Virus record (IMG/VR): IMGVR_UViG_3300020471_000004
Coordinates: 168,693-232,692 of that record
Strand: one strand, 5' to 3'
Length of the DNA stretch: 64,000 nt
The notes beneath the pieces were generated by a model. The model was not told the origin of the DNA and did not search any database. It saw only the letters and a program-made list of their open reading frames with translations. This document shows positions 1 through 10,525 of the stretch, piece by piece; position 1 is the stretch's first letter, and every line of letters starts with the position of its first letter. The position numbers were made by a program, and so were the translations under genes.

Positions 1-45
1 GTAGAAAGAAATCTTCGTCAAACGATGACTTGATATTAGGTTAAT

Positions 46-903
46 ATGGACGACAATAATCCTTACGGCTACCTACAAGAAGACGGTCCTTTAAAAGACG
101 TTCCGTATAGTGTGATACATCGCTTTATACAGAGTCGTCCTCCTGGGTTCCTTGAAATGAACACTGTTCCTAAAGGCATGGACAATACTGTTTCTTACGT
201 AGATGCATTGCCAGTCATCGTAGAAGACAATGCTGTTGTGTACGTTGACGAACAAAACAAAAAGCTAATAGAAGGCCTCTTAGCAAACAGTACTCCTAAA
301 GAAGACGCTTATCTTAATCTTAATGAGATACGCAGTCGTATAGAGACTCGCAAGTCTACTCACCAAAGATCTAGCATAGCACCTAAGCCTAGTTCTTTGA
401 GGGAGGAGTCACCTAACGACACCGCGGTAGAGAACGTTATACCTATAGAGAAGTCTGACGTTCAAAAAAGCTTTGATGCTACCGAGATACTAAGCAAACA
501 AATGGGAGACCTAAGCGTAGAGCATTTGAACCTTATACTTAGCTTTGACAATGCTTCTAGTTATCTAGAGGCATTTGCTAAGGATGCTTTAGGCATTCAA
601 GGTGAAATAAGCGTAGACGAGCATCCTTTTAATTTCATTAGACAGATGTGTAGTGTGAACCTAGTAAGTTCCTACGCAGATAAACTAGCTATGCCTGATG
701 AATACAAAAAGTACTTTATGGAAAAGACCATAGACTACTTTGCAGGACTAGCTCAACGTGAATCCGATGCTGCTTTAAAGATGGAACTTCTACGCCGCAC
801 AAACAATTCCCAACGGTCTAAAGGTACAGTGAGTTCAGAACGATATGACGATACCGAAACACCTAGTTCCGCACACGGTGCTATTGTAAAGCGTAATAAA
901 TGA
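46..903 (+). CDS. hypothetical protein directly upstream of terminase
   Basis: 285-aa ORF, ATGA-coupled to terL; no motif recognised. Confidence 0.55.
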   Translation: MDDNNPYGYLQEDGPLKDVPYSVIHRFIQSRPPGFLEMNTVPKGMDNTVSYVDALPVIVEDNAVVYVDEQNKKLIEGLLANSTPKEDAYLNLNEIRSRIETRKSTHQRSSIAPKPSSLREESPNDTAVENVIPIEKSDVQKSFDATEILSKQMGDLSVEHLNLILSFDNASSYLEAFAKDALGIQGEISVDEHPFNFIRQMCSVNLVSSYADKLAMPDEYKKYFMEKTIDYFAGLAQRESDAALKMELLRRTNNSQRSKGTVSSERYDDTETPSSAHGAIVKRNK

Positions 904-3107
904 GAAAGGTACGAACTAAAAAGCCTGCTTCGTCTGGCGAAACCAAGCCGAGACGAAAAATCAAAAGACGTACAAAGAAAACCCTTGCAGAATCTCCTCA
1001 GGCTGCCGATTTCCTAAAAGAACTTATGGATCTTGGCGCTGATTCAGGAGGTCCTGCTGAAAACTTAGATTTTTTAGAAGACAATTCCGACTACAATCCC
1101 TTAAACGATTCTGACGGCGTTGACATTGTAGGTATGGTTGATGAAGCTATAGGTCAAGAAGGGTTAGTAGCTCCTGACTTAAAGATAGATGACTCTAGCT
1201 GCCCAGAGGCACCTAATGTTGTTGACTGGCTTCTTAAAGATGAATTTCTAGGTTGCGAACCTCCCTATTTAGAGCAAGCACTTATATGTGTTAAGCTATT
1301 TGCCGAATACTGTCCTCACTGCTCTGATACCGAGTGGATGGAGACTGAGAACCATGAACCTCAAGAAGGTCTCGGTGCATTACTAGAAAAAGTGACCATG
1401 TTTAATTTTGGTGTGTGTCCTAGTTGCGGTACACACCGCAGTGATGCAATTGCAGAAGGAGATCTAAATTTCTATAACGAGCTTGCGTGTCTTGCAGGTC
1501 AACGTAGTGGTAAATCAATTGTTACCGCTATGGCTTCTACTTATATTACTCACCGAATCCTCAAAATGCAAAAGCCTACCGAAGTATTCCGCGTAGGTAA
1601 AGGTCAGATTCTTCATGGTACATTTGTTGCACTTACTCAAGGACAAGCTAAGGACACTTTGTGGGAACCTTTCTACGGCTATCTTCTTGAAAGCCCTTGG
1701 TTTAAGAAATATCATGCACTTCTTCGCCATTATGAAAAGAAATACCATCAGGAATTTTTCAAACTCAAAGATACATTTGTGCTTTATAGGCATCGTGCTC
1801 TTACTGTGTATCCTGCAGGTCCTGATAAACGTATACTCCGTGGTAGGACTCGTATTTTTGGCGCAATAGATGAAATCGGTTGGTTCGATAACAACAAGGG
1901 AACCAACAAGGTAAAGATAGATGCTAACGGTGTTTATGAAGCAATGGTACGTTCATTGGCTACAGTTCGTTCAAGCGAAGAGCGACTAGTAGCAATGAAG
2001 TACGACCAAGCAATTACTGCCTATATGCTTAACATAAGTTCACCTAGCTCTATTCGCGATAAGATTTGCGAATTGGTTAGGCAGGCTCAAAACAGTGTCA
2101 AGACCTTAGGTGTCCATGCCCCTACTTGGAAGATGAACCCTAATATCACAAGACAAAGCGGCTTCCTGTTAGAAGAATACCGAAAAGATCCTATTACTGC
2201 ACAGCGAGATTACGGTGCAGAACCTCCTCTAAGTGCTAACGCTTTTATCAATAACAAAGATATGATACAAGAAGCACTTAATCCCAAGACTCGAAACCCT
2301 ATCAAGTACAGACTTGAAGAAATCAAGATTGGTAAAGAGAAGTACCGTTATGCGAGTGTTGATAAAATCCGAACATGCGCTCGCGCAAGTATGCTTGCTC
2401 TCGATGCAGGTTTTACTAATAACAGTTTCAGCCTGGTTGTAGGTACACTAGTAGATGGCGTTCCTACTATCGATATATGTGTAGAAGTAATTCCTTTACC
2501 TGGTATACCTCTTCACTATTCAATGATTTACGAAGAACTGATAAAGCCTATTATTGAGGCTCGTAACGTAAAGATTGTACTTGCGGATAGGTGGAACTCT
2601 ATCAAACTACTACAAGACATGGCTTTCGATTACCAGCACGTTGAGCTTGTGACTCGTCAGTACAGTTTGAAATATCACGATTTTTGGTCTGTTAAGGTTG
2701 CCTTTGAACAGTACACCTTTGTTATTCCTAATCTAGATAAAGGTCAAGACCTAGATGAAGTTCTAAAAGATACTCTTGAAGAATATCCTAGATGCTTCGA
2801 GTACAAACCTGTTGCTCACTTTGCTTTGCAGATACTTACTGTACAGGATACAGGTCGTACAGTTACTAAAGGTGAAGGTGATTTGACCGATGATTTGTGG
2901 CGTGCCGCATGTTTGTTCTATTGGGGATCACAAGAAGACGAGTATATAGAGATACTTACCAAGCCTGTAGAAACTCAGCAGAAAACAATAGGCGCATTAG
3001 GTAAAGCACTTTTGGGATCATCAAGTTCAAGTACAGGTGTAACAGGCACAAGTATTTCAAGTTCAAGCACCGGCGGTGTGATAGGTCTTACAATGAGGAG
3101 AAAGTAA
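900..3107 (+). CDS. terL: terminase large subunit
   Basis: Walker A-like AGQRSGKS, Walker B FGAIDE, coupling motif ISSP, RNase H-type LALDAG and ADRWN; lies near probable portal. Confidence 0.88.
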   Translation: MRKVRTKKPASSGETKPRRKIKRRTKKTLAESPQAADFLKELMDLGADSGGPAENLDFLEDNSDYNPLNDSDGVDIVGMVDEAIGQEGLVAPDLKIDDSSCPEAPNVVDWLLKDEFLGCEPPYLEQALICVKLFAEYCPHCSDTEWMETENHEPQEGLGALLEKVTMFNFGVCPSCGTHRSDAIAEGDLNFYNELACLAGQRSGKSIVTAMASTYITHRILKMQKPTEVFRVGKGQILHGTFVALTQGQAKDTLWEPFYGYLLESPWFKKYHALLRHYEKKYHQEFFKLKDTFVLYRHRALTVYPAGPDKRILRGRTRIFGAIDEIGWFDNNKGTNKVKIDANGVYEAMVRSLATVRSSEERLVAMKYDQAITAYMLNISSPSSIRDKICELVRQAQNSVKTLGVHAPTWKMNPNITRQSGFLLEEYRKDPITAQRDYGAEPPLSANAFINNKDMIQEALNPKTRNPIKYRLEEIKIGKEKYRYASVDKIRTCARASMLALDAGFTNNSFSLVVGTLVDGVPTIDICVEVIPLPGIPLHYSMIYEELIKPIIEARNVKIVLADRWNSIKLLQDMAFDYQHVELVTRQYSLKYHDFWSVKVAFEQYTFVIPNLDKGQDLDEVLKDTLEEYPRCFEYKPVAHFALQILTVQDTGRTVTKGEGDLTDDLWRAACLFYWGSQEDEYIEILTKPVETQQKTIGALGKALLGSSSSSTGVTGTSISSSSTGGVIGLTMRRK

Positions 3108-3736
3108 TGCAAGTATCAAAACACCCTTCTGTAGAAATTGTACCTCAAGAATTGTTTAACAATACTTTAATCAGGTATATGGATTTTGATATTGACGATG
3201 TTGAAACACTTATTGTATTAGCAGAGTCTAATTGGAAATGGGTAGACTCTAAAGGTTGGCACTCCGACAAAAGACCTTTGGAGTATATCTCTCTTATAGC
3301 AAGTGAGGTATACGAAGTATGGACTGCGGTACACAATTATGAAGACAGCGCTCACGAACTAGAGCTGGCAGATATATTTCTAAGAGTTACTGACTTTATT
3401 AAAGAGCTATCTAGTCTTACACAAGGTCAACTTACTCTCAAAGATGCTTTGTTCACAGGTAATGTTTTAGATAACCGCTTTAAGCTTCAACTTAACCAAG
3501 GCGTTACTCTTGACGGACTATTGTTGTGTATGTATCACAAGCTAGCAAGTACTGTAAACTACTTTAGAGACCATAAAATTTCTCCTGACCATTACTTGGA
3601 TATAGAAAGTGCTTTTAACCAAGTTCTGTATCTAACTTTTGTAGCTATGAAACATCTACAGGTCTCCGATGTAATTGAGCCTATAAAGACTAAACTGGAC
3701 ATTAACAGTACCAGAAAAGTCACCAGGCTCAAATGA
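3107..3736 (+). CDS. MazG-like all-alpha NTP pyrophosphohydrolase
   Basis: LIASEVYEV...ELELADIFLR matches the ExxE...ExxD signature. Confidence 0.65.
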   Translation: MQVSKHPSVEIVPQELFNNTLIRYMDFDIDDVETLIVLAESNWKWVDSKGWHSDKRPLEYISLIASEVYEVWTAVHNYEDSAHELELADIFLRVTDFIKELSSLTQGQLTLKDALFTGNVLDNRFKLQLNQGVTLDGLLLCMYHKLASTVNYFRDHKISPDHYLDIESAFNQVLYLTFVAMKHLQVSDVIEPIKTKLDINSTRKVTRLK

Positions 3737-3742
3737 TAATTT
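3737..3742 (+). promoter_or_regulatory. TAATTT motif, candidate late promoter
   Basis: same hexamer in several short intergenic gaps ahead of structural genes; followed by AAGGAG SD. Confidence 0.3.
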
Positions 3743-3765
3743 AATGAAAAACAAGGAGAACAACT

Positions 3766-3987
3766 ATGTCTAAAGCTTTTTTCAACCCGTTAGACCACGT
3801 AGAAGCTAGTACGGTATCAGCTCCCCAGCAAGGTATAGAGTCTAACTCTAAAGCTATGGTCAATGATGATCCTAGTAAATGTCCCAAATGCAGCGGCGCC
3901 ATGAGTGTAAGTTCTATTTTAGATAGACAGGAATCTGTTTACTACTGTGGTAAATGCCGTGTAACTAACCCTATGTTGGCTGAATAA
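3766..3987 (+). CDS. small zinc-ribbon protein
   Basis: CPKC...CGKC; AAGGAG SD; TAATG coupling to next gene. Confidence 0.7.
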   Translation: MSKAFFNPLDHVEASTVSAPQQGIESNSKAMVNDDPSKCPKCSGAMSVSSILDRQESVYYCGKCRVTNPMLAE

Positions 3988-5858
3988 TGATAAGCATTAA
4001 AAACCGTTACAAGTCTACCGAGACTAGACGGCAACTTGTTACCCACGGAAAGCGCAATCATAGACTTAATGAAAGCGAAACTTTTCGAGAGCGTGACATT
4101 GACCGTCTACAGTCTTTGAGCAAGAGTCAAGGTCTGGCGTCTTTATCTGATGCTACACCTAACGTTGCATCGATGCCTTTGGGTATAGATACAGATCCTT
4201 TAATGGACGGAATGGACTACGATCTTCAAGACAAAGTCCTGTTTAACGTGTATCGAGACATGTACTGGCACGACCCTGTGTGCGGTTCTGCTGTAGACAT
4301 GTTTAGTAGTCTGCCGTTCAGCGAGTTCAGCATAGGCGGAGCTAGCGACAAGTACCTAGACCCGTACCGTGAAGCAATCGAAGTGCTTAACTTGCGTAAT
4401 ATATTTCCTGAAATTGCCACTGACTATAAGGTTACAGGCGGCTTTTGTGGATCTCTTTTGCACAACAGAGAAAACAAAAGATTCATTGACCTTATGTGTC
4501 ACAGAATGGATAGTCTTGAAATAAATCCGCTATTCGCCTACGGACAAGACCCTATTCTTATCTTAGAAATGGACAGACAGCTTAAAAGAACTTTAAGCAT
4601 GGACAGTCCTCGAATAGAGCGATTAAAGAAAAGCGTAGGTGAAGATTTCTTTAACAAGCTTCTTACTGAAAAGCTTGAACTGGATCCTATCGGTACTTTG
4701 TACGTTCCTCGAAAGACCTTTTCAAACTCGTTGCCTACCAGTTACTTTAAACGGGTGCTGCCTATATGGCTTATAGAAAAGAACTTGTACCGAGGTACTC
4801 TTGTAGAGTCAGGACGTAGACAGCGCGGTATCATGCACCTTCAATTAGGTGACGGTGATATGTGGGAACCTAGTGAAGATGACTTTAACCAGATAGCTGC
4901 TATGTTTAACAACGCCGATGCAGACCCAATCGGTGCTATAGTTGCAACTCGTTTAGGTGTAGCTGTAGACGAACTCAGACAAGGCGGTGACTTCTGGAAA
5001 GTTACAGACCTTTGGAACGAAACCACATACGTTAAGATGCGAGCGCTAGGTATATCGGAAGCTTTTCTTTCTGGTGACGCCAGCTATGCAAATATGGAAG
5101 GCTCTTTAACAGTATTCGTAGAGTCTATGCGTACTTTCAGAGACAGTCTTACTCGCCGTATATTTTATTCGAAAGTATTTCCACTAGTATCTATGATGCA
5201 AGGTAATACAATCAATAAGCGCGGTAAGATAATTCAAAAGTCTAATCTTATGGACCAAGACTCCGAAGATATTTTGCGTACCATGAATGACGGAAGTAAG
5301 TTGTTTATTCCTACGGTGCACTGGGCTAAACAGTTGAAACCAGAGGCAGACCAGACTTATATGGAAATGCTTCGCCAGCTTCAAGAGCTAGGTGTACCTG
5401 TTCCATTAAGAGCCCTTGCTGCTGCAGGTGGTTTTAACCTCGACTCGTTGATCAACAACCGCGAAGAAGACCTTGCTTTGCAGAAACAGATCAATGACTA
5501 CAATACAGAGTTAGATAAGCTTAAACCTGCAGGTGCAGAAGGTGAAGAAGACGGAGGTTTCGGAGCATTTGCAAGCGCTGACCGACCGAATGGATTCAAG
5601 AGCCGAGTGTTTGACGGTTACAAGCGTAGACCTACTTTAGGCGAACGTGACTTCGGAGAGTCTAGTGAGATATACACTGTGTCTAAATCAGGACGCAAAA
5701 AGCAACACGTATTCCGACAGGCACATGCTAATGAGGTTGCTAACAACAACATTCATAAAGCTATGCGCAGCTTAGACCCTAAGAAACCTACAACTGTTCA
5801 CTTATTTTCTAGCACAAGTACTAGTAAGAAATCCAAGAAGAATGGAAAAACTATTTGA
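3987..5858 (+). CDS. probable portal protein
   Basis: 623 aa near terL; YRDMYWHDPVCGSAVD and ALGISEAFLSG segments resemble portal motifs. Confidence 0.65.
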   Translation: MISIKNRYKSTETRRQLVTHGKRNHRLNESETFRERDIDRLQSLSKSQGLASLSDATPNVASMPLGIDTDPLMDGMDYDLQDKVLFNVYRDMYWHDPVCGSAVDMFSSLPFSEFSIGGASDKYLDPYREAIEVLNLRNIFPEIATDYKVTGGFCGSLLHNRENKRFIDLMCHRMDSLEINPLFAYGQDPILILEMDRQLKRTLSMDSPRIERLKKSVGEDFFNKLLTEKLELDPIGTLYVPRKTFSNSLPTSYFKRVLPIWLIEKNLYRGTLVESGRRQRGIMHLQLGDGDMWEPSEDDFNQIAAMFNNADADPIGAIVATRLGVAVDELRQGGDFWKVTDLWNETTYVKMRALGISEAFLSGDASYANMEGSLTVFVESMRTFRDSLTRRIFYSKVFPLVSMMQGNTINKRGKIIQKSNLMDQDSEDILRTMNDGSKLFIPTVHWAKQLKPEADQTYMEMLRQLQELGVPVPLRALAAAGGFNLDSLINNREEDLALQKQINDYNTELDKLKPAGAEGEEDGGFGAFASADRPNGFKSRVFDGYKRRPTLGERDFGESSEIYTVSKSGRKKQHVFRQAHANEVANNNIHKAMRSLDPKKPTTVHLFSSTSTSKKSKKNGKTI

Positions 5859-6783
5859 CGGTATGAAAAGTAGGACAATACTAAAAGAGGTGTTGTCTTA
5901 CTTAATTAAACGCCAGCGTAAACGAATCAAAGATTGGTTTGTTACGTTCAAATCTAATTGGTTCCAAAAGCCTGCAGGAAGTTTAATAATAGCTTACCAC
6001 AGTATAGTAGATAAACTCTATACCAAAATGTATGAACGAGGTTGGCTAAAGCGTCCTCGTGAAAGTCTTGAAGACGAGTTTGATAAGAAGTCGAAAGTCT
6101 GTTTTGAAAAAGAGTTTATGTCTAAAATGAAGGCTATATTTGAAGACAGGCACCAAGGTAATGCTAACTTGTTTGCAATACAAGACGGTCAGCCTATATT
6201 CAGTGCAGTAGGTGCCTACATATACCGAGACCTAATTAATAGGCTAGAGTTTGACATACACCAGTACCCTCACTCTAGAAGTTTTGTAGGCGGTTCAAGT
6301 GTAGGTAGTGCATGGGCAGCAGGTCTTAAATCTAAGTTCAACAGCGAATTCTCTAAGCTATTTTTGAGTTACATGGACATAGACGTTGACTGGACAGTCA
6401 GCCCTTCTTCAAATGCGTATTACTCTCGCGGTCTTATAAATATGAGCGAATGGTTCATAGCCTATTTTCATGCAGGTCAAGAAACCAAGTTCTTTATAAA
6501 ACGCTTTCTGACCAGCTACATGCGTCTTGTTTATCTAGAGCAACGCAAACTTGATGTTAAAACAGAGTACGTAAATAACCTAAAGAAGAAGTGGGAGCAA
6601 GACCTTGTACATGAGTTCACTATAGGCGTTACTTTAATTGGTATCTCTCAATACGCACTTGTGTACAAAAGTTTACCTGCACACATAAACAAAAGAGTAC
6701 CAAGCTATAGAGCGCGTAATACCTACGAAACCCAAGGTACTTACCGTAAACCTACTCAGCTTTTTGCAGAAAGGAAACATTAA
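5842..6783 (+). CDS. hypothetical protein
   Basis: 313-aa ORF in coupled operon. Confidence 0.55.
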   Translation: MEKLFDGMKSRTILKEVLSYLIKRQRKRIKDWFVTFKSNWFQKPAGSLIIAYHSIVDKLYTKMYERGWLKRPRESLEDEFDKKSKVCFEKEFMSKMKAIFEDRHQGNANLFAIQDGQPIFSAVGAYIYRDLINRLEFDIHQYPHSRSFVGGSSVGSAWAAGLKSKFNSEFSKLFLSYMDIDVDWTVSPSSNAYYSRGLINMSEWFIAYFHAGQETKFFIKRFLTSYMRLVYLEQRKLDVKTEYVNNLKKKWEQDLVHEFTIGVTLIGISQYALVYKSLPAHINKRVPSYRARNTYETQGTYRKPTQLFAERKH

Positions 6784-7163
6784 TGGAAAACCCTGATGAT
6801 TTTATTTCGTGGTCTGAATCTCAAAAGAGCTTGAATCAAAAAGACGTTGCCCAGTTTGTTATAGGCAATAACCTTGCACCTCAGTATGGTATAATCGTCA
6901 ATGTAGAGTACAAACATGGTAAAGTCGCTTACCAATATGCTGTGTTCTTGGATTCTAACACAGGCGGAAAGTTTGTGGGCACTGATCCGAGTACCTTGAC
7001 CCGAATACACTCTGTTTCCCAAATACCTATCGGGATTCTTAAAGGGCTTGTGCGCTTCGATAGCAGATTCCGAGAGTGGTTAAACGGAGAAGTTTTGTGG
7101 AAAGGCTTGTGCTTTGACAGCAAAGAAGAATTCTGTAAAGAACGAGATAAGGATAATTCGTAA
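6783..7163 (+). CDS. hypothetical protein
   Basis: TAATG coupling on both sides. Confidence 0.55.
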   Translation: MENPDDFISWSESQKSLNQKDVAQFVIGNNLAPQYGIIVNVEYKHGKVAYQYAVFLDSNTGGKFVGTDPSTLTRIHSVSQIPIGILKGLVRFDSRFREWLNGEVLWKGLCFDSKEEFCKERDKDNS

Positions 7164-7459
7164 TGGATTTAGAGAAACGTAAACAGTTAAGTGACTGGTA
7201 CGCTAAAGCATTCGACTTAGACTCTGAAATAGATTGGACTCAAGACACGTATCGAATTAACTTAGACGGTTTTGATCGCCAATCTAAAGTAAAACTAATG
7301 CAAGGTATTGTTAGCAGTGTAGGCGATGCTGTTTACGCTCAACAAAAAATTGCACCAAACGACCCGGAGGTAAGCTATTTGTTTTACTTCCATACACTAA
7401 CTGTACCAAATACCGTGATACTAGAGAACCTATACGCGGTACATTCTGAGGATTTATAA
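7163..7459 (+). CDS. hypothetical protein
   Basis: TAATG coupling on both sides. Confidence 0.55.
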   Translation: MDLEKRKQLSDWYAKAFDLDSEIDWTQDTYRINLDGFDRQSKVKLMQGIVSSVGDAVYAQQKIAPNDPEVSYLFYFHTLTVPNTVILENLYAVHSEDL

Positions 7460-7920
7460 TGGATACTGAATTATTCCAATCAATCGTTTTGGATGAAGAA
7501 GACAACAACATAATGGTTGTTACTAATAGCTCTCTTGTTGACTTTACTTTCAGTTTGTTTGACCGTTTCGTTTCAGAAGTTCTTGATAACCAAGAAACGA
7601 TTGAAGACGATGACTCGGGCGAAGAGCTAGTTGCATCTGTTATCAGTTATGCCGAAGCTATTATCGATGATGCCTTGGTAGAAGAGCTTACGCCTACTGT
7701 TACGCAAGTTATTCAAGTGGGCAGCACTTTAATCATTGTTGTGGAACTTGATCAAGAAATTATCGAGTACCTTGACGAAGGCTATGCAGATACCGACAGT
7801 GTAGCTGCTGTTATTTTCGGCGATAGTGATTCGGAAGAAGATGAATCTGATGAAGATGACGATGAATCTGACGAAGATGACGATGAAGATGAAGATGAAG
7901 ACGAATGGGACGTAGACTAA
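7459..7920 (+). CDS. extremely acidic protein
   Basis: 153 aa, no Lys and one Arg, D/E-rich C-terminal tail; GAGG SD. Confidence 0.65.
   Translation: MDTELFQSIVLDEEDNNIMVVTNSSLVDFTFSLFDRFVSEVLDNQETIEDDDSGEELVASVISYAEAIIDDALVEELTPTVTQVIQVGSTLIIVVELDQEIIEYLDEGYADTDSVAAVIFGDSDSEEDESDEDDDESDEDDDEDEDEDEWDVD
7840..7881 (+). repeat. 21-bp tandem duplication encoding DESDEDD
   Basis: gatgaatctgatgaagatgac followed by gatgaatctgacgaagatgac. Confidence 0.7.
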
Positions 7921-8219
7921 GGTTATACCTAAGCCAAACTCTAAGCGTTCATACTCTTGTCAAACAGACAGACCCTATCGTAATACTGGTTAGAGGTTCT
8001 CAACAAGAAGCCTCTGCCTACAAAGACAAGTTGCTTGCTGATTTTGAACTGTTTTATCCAGGCAAAGAGCTAGCACCTGCTTTAGTGTTTGTTTATACGC
8101 GCAAGACCTTTAGTGATAACCACAAAGATCTGTATGAATGGGTAGAAAGCAAAATAGAATCTGGTGATATAAACCTTAACGATACCGAAAACAATATCTT
8201 CGAGTACGTTGATTTATGA
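7905..8219 (+). CDS. hypothetical protein
   Basis: ORF in operon, ATGA overlap with next gene. Confidence 0.5.
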   Translation: MGRRLRLYLSQTLSVHTLVKQTDPIVILVRGSQQEASAYKDKLLADFELFYPGKELAPALVFVYTRKTFSDNHKDLYEWVESKIESGDINLNDTENNIFEYVDL

Positions 8220-8788
8220 GTTTATCTGTTACCCCAGCAGTGGCCCGTTGCGGCTGCTGCTTCTTTCGCCCTCAAAAATGTTTAAGACACAATGAACCTT
8301 GTGTAATGTTCGGTAGCGATAGCCGAACGAAACATTCCAAACAAATGCCCTCCTTTAAGTGTTATCACTCTAGCACTTACGCATATCTAAACCATATACG
8401 TTCTTCTAAGTATATGGTTATAGAAAAATTCTCTGAAAAGTACCTACCTTTACTGTCTAATACTTGTAGCATTCTTATTGTTATAGGACACGTACAACCT
8501 AAAGACCGCTCTGTAATCCACTCAGACCAGATAGGCAATACACCTGTATGCACCTATGCGTTTGGTTCAGTGCGCGAACGTTCTGATATGTTCTTCACTG
8601 ACACTTCAAGTTGGGATTCATTTATGGAACACGTAGGTAACAGACAGTTTAGTTGGATCAACTGTACCATGGGAAGCTTTTATAGGTATGCCCAAAATAA
8701 AGTACACACTCGTTTCTTAAACTGCTTTCGCTATATGACAGACGAACGGTTTAGAAATACAGTTCAAGGCAATTACCTTGTAGAGTAA
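8216..8788 (+). CDS. hypothetical protein with Cys-rich N-terminus
   Basis: 190-aa ORF; true start uncertain. Confidence 0.45.
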   Translation: MSLSVTPAVARCGCCFFRPQKCLRHNEPCVMFGSDSRTKHSKQMPSFKCYHSSTYAYLNHIRSSKYMVIEKFSEKYLPLLSNTCSILIVIGHVQPKDRSVIHSDQIGNTPVCTYAFGSVRERSDMFFTDTSSWDSFMEHVGNRQFSWINCTMGSFYRYAQNKVHTRFLNCFRYMTDERFRNTVQGNYLVE

Positions 8789-8808
8789 AACTGTAAACAT
8801 ACTATATA
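8787..8808 (+). promoter_or_regulatory. AAAACTGTAAAYATAC motif, candidate phage promoter
   Basis: 15/16 identity to 46496-46511; both are intergenic and upstream of + strand gene runs. Confidence 0.55.
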
Positions 8809-8832
8809 AGCAATAACAGAAGAATGCGTTAA

Positions 8833-9885
8833 ATGATATTCAAGAAAGCTAAAAAACCAGTAGTTCATTTAGTGGACGCAAACAACTGGATTAACAGAGC
8901 GTACCATGCAACGCCAGAAATGCACACATCAGACGGGACACCTACTAATGCGCTTAAAGGTTTCTTTAATATGGTCAATAGTCTGTATAAAAAGATTACT
9001 GCCGCAGGACAAGAGCCTTATATTGTTATTTGCTTTGATATTGCTCGAAGAAAGACTTTTAGAGCCCAAATATTTAATGAATGGAAAAAGCGCGATCCTG
9101 AATTGGTAGACGTACTGTTCCCTGATAAGCAAAAACAGTCTTATAAAGGCAACAGAAAGCAAGACAAAAACAAAAGCGAAGACCTTGGCATTCAGATAGA
9201 GCTTGCTAAAGAAATAATAGACTTAGCAGGCTTTTGTTGGTTCGATGGTAACAAGATAAATCAGCCGGTAGAGGCAGATGACATTATTGGTACTCTTGCT
9301 TTTACGCTAGACCCGAAAAAGTGTTTGTGTTTGATCCAAAGTCGTGATAAAGATTTTAAACAGTTGCTTACTCGCCGCAGAGTTAGGTTGTTTATGCCTG
9401 AACAAGCCAACAGTCCTAGTGATTTATATACTATGGACAACATGTTTGCAAAAGACGGGCTTTATCCGCACCAACAGATTGAATTCTTGATGATGGACGG
9501 GGATAAGGTAGACAATATTGCAGGAGTACCAGGGTGTGGACCTGCTACTGCAATAAAGCTTTTAGATCAATGGGGTTCTATTAAAAACATCATTGAAAAG
9601 GCTCCTAGAATTAAAGGTAGAGAAGCCCGTGCTGCTCGTACATTAGCTGGTTTAGAAGTAGACGTAACTGAATCTATTTGGCATGAAGGCAAGGAGAAGA
9701 AAACCAAAGTTAAACGGGTACTACCTTGTCCTGATTTAACTGTAAATAGAGAACTAGCTACGATACGCACTGACGTACCTGGCTTGCCTACAAAACTAAA
9801 ACAAATTCGTATGCGAGAGCCTAACAATAAAGAGCTTCGCAAAATGCGAGATACTTTAGAATTTTCAAATCTATTATGGGTGTAA
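8833..9885 (+). CDS. 5'-3' exonuclease / flap endonuclease (PolA N-terminal, T5 D15 / T4 RNase H family)
   Basis: LVDANN, EADDIIGTLA, SRDKDFKQL, H3TH motif GDKVDNIAGVPGCG. Confidence 0.92.
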   Translation: MIFKKAKKPVVHLVDANNWINRAYHATPEMHTSDGTPTNALKGFFNMVNSLYKKITAAGQEPYIVICFDIARRKTFRAQIFNEWKKRDPELVDVLFPDKQKQSYKGNRKQDKNKSEDLGIQIELAKEIIDLAGFCWFDGNKINQPVEADDIIGTLAFTLDPKKCLCLIQSRDKDFKQLLTRRRVRLFMPEQANSPSDLYTMDNMFAKDGLYPHQQIEFLMMDGDKVDNIAGVPGCGPATAIKLLDQWGSIKNIIEKAPRIKGREARAARTLAGLEVDVTESIWHEGKEKKTKVKRVLPCPDLTVNRELATIRTDVPGLPTKLKQIRMREPNNKELRKMRDTLEFSNLLWV

Positions 9886-9886
9886 C

Positions 9887-10519
9887 ATGGCATTTTTATT
9901 TGATGCAAGCAATTTAAGACAAAACAATTACCTTCACGAACCTGTTGTTTTTGAGAACATTATAAGTCCTGAAATGTGCGATGCTTTGGTTGCTGCCAAG
10001 ACTTCTTTTGAAAAAGAAAATGGTGGAATTCAAGTGGCAGAAGAAGGGCGCAGAGAAGAGTACTTCGAAGATCCTAAAATACGAGTAGTGGACACCTACT
10101 CGTTTGATTGGGAAGATGAAGGCTTACCTGATATAGTTTTTGACCTATATACTGAATTAGAAGCTATCGTAACTAGCGCAAATGAAGATTACGATTTCGA
10201 TTTAGTAGGTATTTGCGAGACTGTAAACTTTCTTCATTACCATACAAACACAGGTATGCGACAAACAGGTCACTATGTAGGTCATACTGATTTCGGCCCT
10301 GAGTTTCTCTCTACTCGTAAGCTTACGACAATTATTCAGCTTACAGACGGTAATGAATATGAAGGGTGTACACTGAACTTACCTGACTGGGGCGATGCTC
10401 CGAGAGAGAAAGGTTCAGCAATAGTTTTTCCTAGTTATATGTACCATAAAGTGTCCCGTATAACTAAAGGTGAACGTCATTGTTTAAATCTATGGTCACA
10501 CGGACCTGCTTTCAGGTAA
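9887..10519 (+). CDS. 2OG-Fe(II) oxygenase (prolyl-hydroxylase-like)
   Basis: HTD...RKLT...YEG...FPSYMYHKV...GER: HxD/H triad plus 2OG-binding Arg. Confidence 0.88.
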   Translation: MAFLFDASNLRQNNYLHEPVVFENIISPEMCDALVAAKTSFEKENGGIQVAEEGRREEYFEDPKIRVVDTYSFDWEDEGLPDIVFDLYTELEAIVTSANEDYDFDLVGICETVNFLHYHTNTGMRQTGHYVGHTDFGPEFLSTRKLTTIIQLTDGNEYEGCTLNLPDWGDAPREKGSAIVFPSYMYHKVSRITKGERHCLNLWSHGPAFR

Positions 10520-10525
10520 AAGATT

